A DNA stretch of 64,000 nt from the NCBI GenBank assembly GCA_943704415.1, contig CALSCO010000649.1, positions 1 to 64,000 of the forward strand. Reading direction: 5' to 3'. Below are positions 38,829 to 49,992 of this stretch, one piece after another. The notes under the pieces are model-generated. The model ran no database searches. It was not told where the DNA came from and was given only the letters and a program-made list of their open reading frames with translations. The translations under genes and the position numbers were made by a program. This stretch comes from Parvularia atlantis. Taxonomy: Eukaryota. Positions within the stretch are counted from its first letter, which is position 1. Each line of letters starts with the position of its first letter.

Positions 38829-40609
38829 ATGGGCCCTCTCAACGTCCCCGGTGCGTCGCTCGTCGTCCCTTCGGCTCGCGCTGACGCCGCGCGGGCGCGC
38901 CGCGCAGTCGTCTACGCCGACCTCCAGCCGGAGGAGAGCGTGTCGCAGTTCCTCGACGTGCTCGCGTACCTGGACGCGGTCACGAGCACCGTCTTCGACA
39001 ACATCGTCCGGCGGGTGCGCGCGCGCGCGCGACCACGGCGGGCCGCACACACGCCGACGGGCGCGGCGCACAGATGAACGACAACGTGGCGCGCGTCAAC
39101 GGGCTCAACACGCGCGTCGCGGCCAGCCAGGCCAAGGTGCAGAAGCTCAAGAGCAGCAAGGACAAGGCGACCGTCGTGCACTCGAGCGCAAAGTACCTCG
39201 GCCCCGAGAAGCCCACAGGTCACGTCCCCGTCTTTGTCAAGGTGCGCCGGGCCGCCGTCGCTCGCGCGCGTCATGAGGCTCACGCTGCGTCGCAAAGGTC
39301 CCCGAGCGCCTCGCCGCCGTCAAGCACGCCGACCTCTCGGACCGCCCCGACAAGGCGCGCGCTCACGTGACACGTCACCAGGAGGCTGACGCGCGCGCCC
39401 CAACACGAGCAGAAGCCGCGCGTGCACGCCGAGTGGAAGCCCGAGATCGAGCGCTCGCTGCTGCTGCGCCCGGCCATCGCCGCCAACAAGCCCACGGTCG
39501 ACATGGAGGAGGAGGAGGGCCTGGGCCCGCTGCCGCCGCGCCTGCGCTCGGTCACGGACCTGCTGCTGTTCAACACGCAGGCGCGCGCACGCTGCCCGAC
39601 CGCACCCACTTGCTCGCCCGCTGACGCGCGTCCCCGCTCCCTGCAGGAGAACCCGTACAAGAAGTACACGTCGCTCGACAACCTCACGGGCATCCGCTCG
39701 CGCCGCGCGCCTGGCGAGCGCCGCAAGGAGAAAGGCAAGCGCCAGCTGGGCGAGGCGCCCGAAACGATCCTGCACGGCGACAACTGGAAGTACGACCCCA
39801 AGGCCGACATCAACTACAAGCCCATCCTGTCCAACGTGCCCCAGATCGAGGTGCCGGCCAACCTCAACCTGCCCAACCTCGCGTCCGACCTCCAGTGGAG
39901 CCTCGACGACGACGCCGAGAAGCGCACCGTGCCCTCGGTCAACAACACGATCGTCTCGGCTCCCGCCGGCGTGGACCTGCCCGCCGTCAGCGTCACCGTC
40001 GACCCGTCCGTCGCCGCCGCCCTGCCCGCCGTGCCCGCCGCGCCCGTCGACGTGCCCCTGCCGCCGCCCATGGCCGGTAGCGGAGGCGCGCCGCCGCCGC
40101 CGCCGCCGCCCCCGCCACCACCCGGCGCGAGCGGTGCGCCGCCCCCGCCCCCGCCTCCGCCGCCGCCACCGCCACCGCCAAGCCTGCCGTCGCTCGCCGG
40201 CCCTAGCGCCATGGCCGACGACAGCGTCACCGCCGCGCTCGACGACGCAGACGCGGGCGAGAACGGCGGGGACAGCTCGGGCGGCGGCGGCGGCCGCAAC
40301 GCCCTGCTCGACGCCATCCGCAACCCGAACGCGCGCAAGCTGCGCAGCTCCAAGGAGCGCAAGCTCGAGGAGCAGAAGCAGAAGGTGACCGAGACCAAGA
40401 AGGCCAAGTCGGCGCCCGCGCCCATCGACATGTTCAGCGACCTGCTCAACGCGCTCAAGATCCGGCGCAAGGGCATCTCGGACAAGCGCGACAAGGAGAC
40501 CGAGTGCGTGGCATGCTTGCGGTGGGGGGGCTAATCGCGTCGCAGGGAGGAGACGCGCCAGCGCACCGAGTCGGCCGCGAGCGACGGCAACGCAGAGTGG
40601 AACGACTGA
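38829..40609 (+). CDS. WASH1: WASH complex subunit 1 (Arp2/3 nucleation-promoting factor)
   Basis: WAHD motifs (VVHSSAKY; GLGPLPPRLRSVTDLLLFNTQ|ENPYKKY; VPANLNLPNLA), polyproline tract, GRNALLDAIR (WH2), DLLNALKIRRKGIS and terminal EWND*. Confidence 0.93.
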
Positions 40610-40709
40610 GACGAGGGGGGGGGGCCGCGTGCGGTGGTGTGTGTGTGTGTGTGTGTGTGTGTGCCGGCACAAGTGAAGGCTGGCCGTATTCCAGCTACAT
40701 CACGCTAAC

Positions 40710-41515
40710 ATGTCGCTCTTCGGAGGCGCGCCGACCGTGACGCCCGGCCCGCACGCGCTGGCCAACGCCGCGGCGGCCGCGAGCCGCCCTCCGCCGCTCG
40801 ACTACTCGCGGTGCGCCCTACGCGCTACCGTGCTGCTGGTGACTGACGCGCGCGGCGCGCAGGTTTGTGTGCATCTACCCTGTCTACATCAACTCGGAGG
40901 TGCAGAGCGCGCGACGCGTCGACGTGGAAAGCTGACGCGCGCGCGCACGGGGGGCGCGCAGGCGACGCTGGCGGAGGGGCGCAAGGTGCGCAAGGACCAG
41001 GGCGTGCCCAAGCCACAGTTCCGCGAGCTGCACGAGGCGGCCAAGGCGCTGCAGGCGCTGCACGGGCTGACAGTGGCGCTGGAGCCGATGAAGCGGCACC
41101 CGCGCGACTTCTTCACGTACGGGCGCGTGCGGGTGCAGCTCAAGCGCGACGGGCAGCTCGTGAGCGCGATCAAGAACCGTTGCGTGTGCCGTGTGTGCGC
41201 GTGTGCGCGACGCGTGGCTGACGGGCGCGCACGCGGCGCACAGGCAACGAGCTGTATGTCGAGTTTGCGCGGCTGACGCTCGAGGCGCAGAAGAAGCTGC
41301 AGGCGGCGCAGCCCGCGGCGGGCGGTGCAGCGTACGTGCGCGATGCAGGGTGGGCGCTGCATGTGCGGCTGATTGGTGCGCGCGCGCGCTACAGATCGTC
41401 ATCATCAGCGGCCCAGGCGGCCGCTTCGTCGGCGAGCGCGTCGACCGCGGCAGCATCAGCATCCAGCAGCGGCGCCCCCAGCAGTGGCGGCAAGAAGAAG
41501 AAGGGCAAAAAGTGA
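40710..41515 (+). CDS. SRP19: Signal recognition particle 19 kDa subunit
   Basis: RFVCIYPVYINSE|ATLAEGRKV, KRHPRD...GRVRVQLK and a Lys-rich C-terminus (GGKKKKGKK*). Confidence 0.93.
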
Positions 41516-41571
41516 TCATTCTGTCGCTCGTCCTGGCACGGCACATCCGCACGCGACAACACACGCTTGGC

Positions 41572-43289
41572 TCACACCCAGGTCGCCTTGACTTCGACGA
41601 GAAAGTTGTTGAGCGCCTCGTAGCACGCGCTCTCGGCGGCGATCTGGTGCCGCGCGACCGTGAGCAGCGTCGCGCTGAGGTCGGCTGCGCGCTCGGCCTC
41701 GACGCGCTCCATCGCCGCCTGTTTCCCCGCGCATCAGTCCGGCCCGTGCACGGCCGACCGACCGACCGCACCTGCAGCGACTCGCACGCCGTGGTAAACT
41801 GCGCCTTGGCGTCGCTCTCGTCCTTCTCGCTCTGCGTGAGCTCCCCCTCGGCCTTGGACAGTTTCTCGGTGAGGCCGGCCTTGCTGAGGTTGGCGCTGCC
41901 GCGCAGCTTGTCGAGCGCGTCGCGGCGCTTCTTGGTGGTGCGGCAGGCCTGGTCGTACTCGTTGGCGAGCTCGGTGCACTTTTCGAGCGCGGCCTGCGCG
42001 AGCGTGAGTGTGAGAGCTCCGTGTGCGGACGGCGGGCTGTGCATCGCGCACCCTGACGTTGGACGCGACGTTCTTGCGCAGCTCAAACGCGAACCCGTAC
42101 GACAGGTACTGCTTCATCTCCTGCACCCACCCAGCGCCGCACGGCCGATAAGCAGCACTGGGCACGCGCACGCAGTGCAGCGCACGGTCTCGTTGTACAG
42201 CTCGCCCACGCGCTCGACCAGCGCCGCAAAGGTAGTAATGCGGCTGTGCGCGCGCGTGTGAGCTGGCGCGCCAGTCGCTGGGCGCCGCGCACGCAGAGAG
42301 GCTCGTGTGGACCTCGGCGTCGGCGAGGCGCACGAGCTGCTGCGCGAGGTCTTTCGTGCTCGAGACAAAGTCTGCGCGTCTCTTGAACGCGTGTACGACT
42401 TCACCGTCGGCTTGCGCACGCACCGCGGCCGGCCTTGTGGTACTTGTCAAAGGCGCGGCTGATCTCCTTGGCCGTGCTGCGCTCGGCTGACCAGCGCGTT
42501 TGAGCCTTCTGCAGGAACAGGTCCTCGTCGCTGGCACCATGGCTGCCGCCCGTGCCGCGCCGGAGCATGTCGGTGACGACCTGTGTCGTTGACTTTTTCT
42601 TGGTCGTGGGCATCTGCAGCGCGCGCACGGGGTGAGCATCAATGCCGCGAGCGGTGGCGGCACGCACGTCGTCGCCCTGGAGAAACGCGATGAAGAGCGG
42701 GTCCTTGGCGAGCACGGGGCGCGCGGCGACGCGGCGCAGGAACGTCTGGAGGTCGGCCGTCCACCACGGCGCGCCGTCAAACGGCACGGCGAGCGCGGCG
42801 GGCTTGCAGGCGAACGCGGGCACGACCTGGCCGATGCGTGAGTGCACGTGACGACAACGGTGACAGCAGCAGCACCTGGCCCGGATGCGCCACGATGAGG
42901 TCGTCCTGCAGCCGCGCAAAGTCGCTGAGGGCGCGCGTGGTGGTGAACTGGGCCGAGCGGAAGACGGCGGTCGACGTCTGCACGTTATTGCGCGTGAGCC
43001 GTGCGCCGCCGTTGCCGATGCGCGCGTTCCGCACCCGCACGGCCAGCGTGCACGTCGCGTCCTTGCCGTTGGCCGCGAGCTGCAGCGCCGTGACCTCGAC
43101 GGCGATCCCGCTCTCGCCCGCCTCGCCCTCGCCGGCGGCAGGGGCGGAATCTGCCGAGCTCGGCACGCTCCCCGGCGACGACGTGCTCGCCGCAGCCGCC
43201 ACACCGCCGCCACCCGCCGCGCTCGGCGCCGCGCCCGTCGTCGGCGGCACGTCGGCCCACGTCGCATCCTCGAACTCGTCGTTATCCAT
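41572..43289 (-). CDS. PX-BAR sorting nexin
   Basis: PX-like TRALSDFARLQDDLIVAHPG and LQTFLRRVAARPVLAKDPLFIAFLQ; helical BAR-like C-terminus. ATG at 43289. Confidence 0.75.
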
Positions 43290-43358
43290 ACACGTCGACG
43301 CGCCGCGAATTGTCCATCGAGGCGCGGCCATAGCTGCCGCCTGGGTGGCCCCGCGCGG

Positions 43359-44337
43359 ATGTGCGCTGTGCTCTCTCGTCGCGTGCCCGCGCGTCGTCTG
43401 CTGAGCGCGCGCGCGCGCGCGCCCAGGTCGGAGCGGTGGATCAGCCAGGCCAAGTACTGGTGCAAGTACTGCCGCATCTACATCACCGACAACAAGAGCG
43501 TGCGTGCGCGTGCGGCCCGCGCACTCGCCTAGCCCAACGCAAGCGCGGGACGCAGAGCCGCGCGCAGCACGAGAACGGGCTCAAGCACAAGGACCATGTG
43601 CAGCGCTACATCCGCGACGTGCAGGAGCGCGGGCTCGTGGGTGAGGACGGCGTGGACGAGAAGACGCGGCAGGAGCTCGAGCGCATCGAGATGGTCCGCG
43701 AGCGCGCGTCGTCGTCGCTTGCGCAGCCCTGACGCGGCGAGCGGACAGGCCGCGCGGATACAGCACGACAAGGACCTGGGCGTGCACTTCCACCCGCCCC
43801 CGGCGAGCGCGCCGCGACGACCATCGCCGCGTGCGTGAACCGTCGCACGCGTGAATGCGGCTCATCGCGTGCGCAGCTCCACCCAAGCCCAAGGTGCTCA
43901 CGAGCAACCCGATCCCGATGCCCGCCTCGATGCGCCCCGCCGACAGCGCGCCGCCGGGTGGGCCGTGGCCGTTCCTGCCCAACATGCCCGTGCCGCCGCC
44001 GCAAGACCCCGCGCGGCCACGGCTACTCGGCGCGGTTGGCGACACGGACCACGTCTACGGCGCGTGGCGCGTGGTCGAGGCGCCGCCGTCCAAGCCGTCG
44101 ACGAGCACGGGCGCGAGCGAGGCCAAGGCGCCGGGTGGGCGAGCGGGCGAGGCGGACGAGGACGAGGACGACGGCGGCGACCCCGAGTCGCTCGTCAACT
44201 TCAAGTTCCGCGAGAAGCAGCTGGCCCTGCCGCCCGCGAGCGCCATCACGGGCGAGAATGACGCGGGCGAGGCCGGCGCGCAGCCTGCGTTCAAGAAGGC
44301 GCGCACGGGCAACCGCAGCTTCCGCAGCAAGCCGTGA
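43359..44337 (+). CDS. WBP4: U1C/matrin-type zinc finger protein, WBP4/FBP21-like
   Basis: M|SERWISQAKYWCKYCRIYITDNKS|SRAQHENGLKHK, ELERIE and C-terminal AFKKARTGNRSFRSKP. No WW domains seen. Confidence 0.75.
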
Positions 44338-44740
44338 TCAGGCTGATATGTTTGTCACGCGGCAACGCTCGTTTTTGCAGCAAAGGACAGGCCGCGGGAA
44401 GAGGAGCATGGGGACGGGCAGCGCGCGCACGGCGTTCACGTTGCTGTGTGGGTGTGGCGTGGGGGCGCGCGGTGGCCGGCGCGGTGGTGCCGCTGGTGCG
44501 CGGTGCGTGACGGGCTCGGGCCGCACTAGTGCGTGCTAGACGGCACCGCGTCACTACTGGCACCTTTTTCGCGAACGAAGACAGAATGAGACGCGCCGTT
44601 TCGTGCGCGTTTCGCCTGCTCGCGCTGTCGCCGTCCTCGCTGCTCCACTTTGCGCGCTGGGAGCCGCCGCTGTCGCCCGCCTGCGCCTCGCGCCCGCGTC
44701 GCGCGCCCGCGTGGACGTCACGGTCGTGCCGCGCCTCCCC

Positions 44741-46026
44741 ATGCTCGACGCGGCCACAGCCTTCTTCCTGCGCGAGATGGCCGAGGACTTTGACTTTGAG
44801 CTCGAGCTCGCCAAAGACGCGGCGGCTGTGGCGGCTGCGGCTGCGGCGGCAGGGCCGCTGCTAGGCGCGATGCCTTCGACTGCGGGGTCGGCCGACGTCT
44901 GGCCCGACGCACCTGCGCAGCCGCTGCCAATGGCCGACGCGCCCGCGCGCCTCGTCGCCCACCCGCTCTTCCGCCTGGTCATGCTCGCGCTGCTCTCCCG
45001 CCGGCGCGTGCTCGATCTCCTCGCGACCGACGGCGCTAGTGCGGGGTGCAGCGGCCCAGGCGCGTGCCCGTGACTGCCACGCTAATCGCCCGCATATCGC
45101 CGATAGGGCGGTCGAGGCAGCCCGCGCGGCGGCGCGCGAGGGCGCGGCGGACGTGCGCGCGCGCTTGGCCTCGTTCCTGCGACGGCGCGCGGTGGCCAGC
45201 GATGAGGTGCGTGGTTTTTTTTTCTCAATCGTGGGGCCCCGCGCGTTCACCGTTGGGTCACGCCGCAGGACGCGTTCATGTGCGACGCGCTCCTGTGCAT
45301 CATCGCGGCGCAGAGCTTCCTCGTGCACGAGGTGCGCGAGAGCCGCGACGAGGTCGCCGCGCTCGAGGCGCAGCGGCGGCTGAGCGGCGAGGAGGACGGG
45401 GACGACGACTGGGCCGGGGACGACGAGGATGCGCTCGATCGCACGCCGCCCGAGGACGATGTGACGCTTGCCCCGCCGCTCCCGCCGCACGCCTGGCCGC
45501 ACTTTGTCGTCGCGCACCCGCTGCCCGGCCGCCCGCCGCTCTACCTGCCGCCGACGCATCTGCTCCGCCCGCCGCTGCCGCCGCCGCCGCCGCCGCTCAC
45601 AATCGCGCCCGAGACGCTCACCAGCATGCCCGGGAGCGGCCGGCTCTACGCGCACCGCCCGATCGCGCCCGAGGACGACGGCGCGAGCGAGGGCGGGACG
45701 ATGCGCCGCCCCGTCCGGCCGCGCGAGCTGCGCTTCGTGCCGTCGCCTGATCGCAAGCAGGCGCTGCACGACTGGCTCGCGCGGCACACGCACGTACCGT
45801 ACCCGACGCCAGCCGAGAAGGACCAGCTGATGGAGGCGACCGGCTTGACGCTCGTGCAGCTCGACAACGTGCGCCGGTGCCTGCCGGCCCGTGCGTCGCC
45901 GGGCTGACGCGCGCTCGCGCTCGTGCACAGTGGTTCATCAACGCGCGCCGACGCGTACTCCCACGCATGCTTGCCGGTGCGTACAAGCGCCCGCGCCCGC
46001 CACCGCGCCCGCCCAAGCCGTCGTGA
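44741..46026 (+). CDS. TALE-class homeodomain protein with MEINOX-like region
   Basis: LHDWLARHTHVPYPTPAEKDQLMEATGLTLVQLDN|WFINARRR (PYP loop, WFINARRR); upstream LVAHPLFRLVMLAL and DE|DAFMCDALLCI. Confidence 0.88.
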
Positions 46027-46174
46027 GGGAAGGCACCTGCGCTACAAGCTAGCCTGTACAGCGCTATTGGGTGGGGGCCTTTTTTGCAGTGTGGGTGGAG
46101 GCTACACGGTTAAGGCTGCTGGCGGCGCGGTCGTCAGCAGCCGCACACGTGCGCGCACTCGCGGCCGCACCGTG

Positions 46175-47867
46175 TCACTTGTGCACAGAGCCGGGCGGCA
46201 GCTGCATGAGCATGCACAGGAAGCCGAGGTTGGGGTTGACGCAGGGCCGTCGCTGCCGCACATAGTCCAGCGCGCCGTCGTAGCTGAAGCCCTCGTACAG
46301 CTGCAGGAACGCAATCACCTGCCCACGCCCCGGCAATGAGCGGCGCAAAGCCAGGCGACACGCCCGCGCAACGCACCACCGTGGCAGAGCGAGAGACGCC
46401 CGCGCGGCAGTGCACAAAGACAGCGCCATCGCCTCGGGTCTTGACGGTCGCGATGAACGCGCACATCTCCTTGACCTGCTCCTCGAACGCGTGGCCCTCG
46501 TCAATGCGGTCGTCGGCGGCCATGTTCTTGTACACAAACTCCTGCGCGCGGTCGGGGCCGTGAGCGCCGCGCAAACACGCAGCGCGCACACGCACCCCCT
46601 CGTGATGGTTGCTGCACTCGCGCGCCGCGTTGACGATGTAGCGCACCCTGAGCCGCTGCAGCAGGGCCGCGTCGGCCGCGTCCTCGTCGCTGCCCATGTA
46701 CAACCACGGGAAGACCTCAGAGGGCGGGACGTAGCGCTGGTCCGAGAGGTCGGCCTCGGACGGGTGTGCGACCGGCAGGCTCAGGTTGAGCTGCCGGAAG
46801 CGCGCGGGCCCGGGCGCGTGCTGCGGCTGCGGGTGGGCCGGCGCGGGCTGGGTCGGGACGGAGAGCGCCATGTGCGCATCACCGCAAGCGGTGTGCGCGC
46901 GCGTCGGGTGGCTCTGGTTGGGCGGCGCCTGGACGGCTTGCGGGTGCTGGTGCTGCGGCGGGTAGTCGCACAGCTCCGGGTAGAGCCGCTGAAAGTCCGC
47001 AAAGCCGCCTGTGTAGGCGCGCGGCGTGTCAGGTGTGTGCTGACAAAGCGGGTGGGCAGCCGCGCACCGTCGAGCCGGCACACGTCGGCGATCTGCTCGT
47101 CGGCGCGGAGCATGTCGAGCAGGACCGAGCAGGCCCGCGCCGACTCGTAGTCGTCGATGAGCACGACGGTCTTGCCCTGGCGCTGCGCAAAGTGCTCCTT
47201 GCTCTGGTCGCTGAGGAAGATGGACGAGAGGCGCGCGCGCCCGCCCACGCCGTCGCCGGCCCCCGTGCCGTCCTCGAGCGCGCGCAGGTAGCGCCGCAGA
47301 AGCACGGGCGGGATGTTGAGGTTGTGCGAGCCGCGCACGTGCGACGCGTTGAACGCCATGAAGTTCCTCGTGTCCAGCAGGAGGAGCTCGGGCATGTCGG
47401 TCGCGTTGGGCTCGGTCGCGTCGCCGCCGTTGCTGACCTTGAGCTGCACGCGCAGGGCGAGCGCGAGCTCGTCGGCCGAGAGCGGCGCGTCGAGCGCCGC
47501 CCGCTTGTCCGCGGTGACGAGAGCAGCGCCGGCGGGCGAGGGCGGGCTGCTGCTGGCGGGCGAGGCGTCGACCGAGTGCGACCCGAAGCTGCATCGCGAC
47601 GCGTGTGAGACGGCGCGTTTCGTGTCGCACGCGCAGTGGGGCGCACCCGTTGACGAGCCCGGCCGGCGCGGTGCGTGACGGCGCGACGATGAAGCCCGAC
47701 GCGGCGCGCGGCACGCCGTGGTGGGCGAAGCGCAGCAAGCGCCGCGGGCTCGGCAGGCTGCTGGTCGACGACGGCCGCGCCCACGCGTGCGGCGGGTCGT
47801 CGTTGCCGGGCGCCGCCGTGCTGCGCGCGCCGAGGCGCGGCGGCGGCGGCGGCGCGGCCGAAGTCAT
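46175..47867 (-). CDS. MAP kinase phosphatase (rhodanese + dual-specificity phosphatase)
   Basis: LLLLDTRNFMAFNASHVRGSHNLNIPPVLLRR (rhodanese with kinase-interaction motif), GGFADFQRLYPELC, PSEVFPWLYMGS, VFVHCRAGVSRSATV and RPCVNPNLGF. Confidence 0.92.
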
Positions 47868-48109
47868 GCCGAAAATAGCCGTTTGGCCGAATATAGAACC
47901 GCCGCGCGTTCACCGGGGGACGCACGGCGCAAGGGCGCACGCGGGTGGCAGACGCGAGCAGGCGGCGGTGGGTGAGTGACGGCTGTCGTGAGTGCGTGCG
48001 GCGACGACGCGGCGGTGGTGTCGGCAGGTGGCAGGAAGAGAGCCGTTTGGCGGAAAAGGTGCGTGACAGACACGTCGTGTCACTGTTTCAGCCGCGCTCC
48101 AGATGCGTT

Positions 48110-49131
48110 TCAGACGTCTACGATCTTGGCCGGCGTGGCGCGGGCGTGTTCGGCGCGGTTGAAGGCGACCATGCCGGCGCACGTCAGCAGCACGCCAGCC
48201 GCGTTAAGTGCGCTCGGGACGGCGCCCAGCCACGCCACGGCGACGAGGATGACGACGATGCGCTTGGTCACCGACGCGATGCTGAACACGAGCGGGCTCG
48301 CGAGGGCCACGGTGGCGTAGGCCAGCGCGCCCTGGGCGTACTGCGACGCACCCGCGAGCACGGCGAGGCCCCAGAAGCGCGTGAGTGACGTGGGCGAGGC
48401 GTGCGCGCGCGCGTCGCCGACGATCGCCGGCAGGTCGAGCACGAGCACGGCGGGCGTGAGCAGGACGAAGCAGATGAGCGACGACGTGCACATGAGCGTC
48501 AGCTCGCCCAGCGCGGACGGCTCGGCCCCGGCACGCTCCGGCCCGGGCGCGCTCAGCAGCCGCTTGGCCTCGAGGCTCTGCCACGCCAGGACCGCGACTG
48601 AGACGAGCGCCGCGAGCGCGCCGAGCGCGTCAAAGGCGTAGTCGCCCGCGCAGGCCAGCGCGACGCCGGTGCAGATGGGCACGAGTGTGGCGAGGACGAG
48701 CGGGGGCGTGCGCTGCCCGTGCACGGCCCAGGCGAGCGCGACGGTGAAGAGCGGGCCGATGGCCTTGATCGTGTGCATGAGCGAGAGCGAGATGCGCGCG
48801 AGGCTCGACGACGACGTGACGTGCGTGAAGAGCCGCGCGACGGTGAAGGGCAACATCGCTCGCACCGTCGCTAGCGACGGCGGGAACTGGACGCGCGCGG
48901 CGGGCACGAGCCACCCGACCGCGAGCCCAAAGAGCACGTTGATGCCGAACGCAATGTACGTGACCTGCGCGCCCAACTCGGAGCGGCGCGTGAGCGTGAC
49001 ACGGGCGTGATGCGCAGCGGGCGCACCGTCAGCGCGCGCGGCAGCACCTGCAGCTGCTGCTTGGCAAACATGCCGCTCAGCGAGCTGGTGATGTACCACC
49101 CGGCGCAGCACGCGATCAGCTTTGCGTTCAT
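48110..49131 (-). CDS. Triose-phosphate transporter/SLC35E-family nucleotide-sugar transporter
   Basis: CAGWYITS, ISLSLMHTIKAIGPLFTV, TLVPICTGVALA and SPLVFSIASVTKRIVVI; multiple TM helices. Confidence 0.88.
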
Positions 49132-49193
49132 CAGTTAGGGGCCTATGTTTGATCGAAATGCATCACGCGGCGCGGCACACAGCGCACAACGGG

Positions 49194-49896
49194 TCAGGGG
49201 CCAGGGTACGTGCTCTGAAGCACCTGTGTGAGCATGTTGTTGCACAGCTTGGCGTACGGGTTGACCGTGACCGCCTCGCGCCGCGCGACCTCGCTGCCCA
49301 GCTGACCCGCCCGCTCCAGGTCCTCGAACGCCTTGGCGTCCTCGCCGCGCAGCTTTCGCAGCAGCCCGCGCTGCGTCAGGCCCTGCCGCAGCGTCGCCGT
49401 GTCGTACGCGAGCTCGACCGCGCGGTCCAGGTCCAGCAGCGCCAGATCGTCCTTGTGCATCAGCCGCAGCACCTGCGCCCTGCACGCACTGGTCAGTGCT
49501 CATGCGCTCGCGGCGTACGCAACGCGCACCGGTTGTTGTACGCAGACGCGTACAGCGGCGCCCGGGCGATCGCCGCCGTCAGCAGGTCGTACGCATCGCG
49601 CAGCCGGCCGCCCTCGGCCAGCCGCACAGCCTCGCGCTCGACCAGGCGCAGCTCGTCCTGCACCGTGTCCGTCACCTCGTCTTTTCGTGCGGATGTGTGA
49701 GTGGATGCGCGCGGGTCGCACGTCGATGCGCACCTGGCCGCGATCGCAGCGCCGGCTGCACGGGCTCGGCTGCGCGCCCTACCGTCCGCTCGCCCTCTGC
49801 GCGCGACGCACAAGCTCAGCGGCGGCGGGCGCGGCGGCGAGGCGCGCAAGACGCACGCGGCGCGAGGATGAAGTCGAGGATCGCGTCGTCGGCCAT
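49194..49896 (-). CDS. TTC36: Tetratricopeptide repeat protein 36
   Basis: EREAVRLAEGG, ASAYNNR|AQVLRL, ALLDLDRAVEL, QRGLL and NPYAKLCNNML. Confidence 0.88.
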
Positions 49897-49992
49897 TCCA
49901 ACTGTCCGATACGAATCCTCGACGCGCCACAGACGTGGATGCCGCAGACGCGGGACCCGTCGTATACACAGTCAGTTGTACATCAGCGCGAG

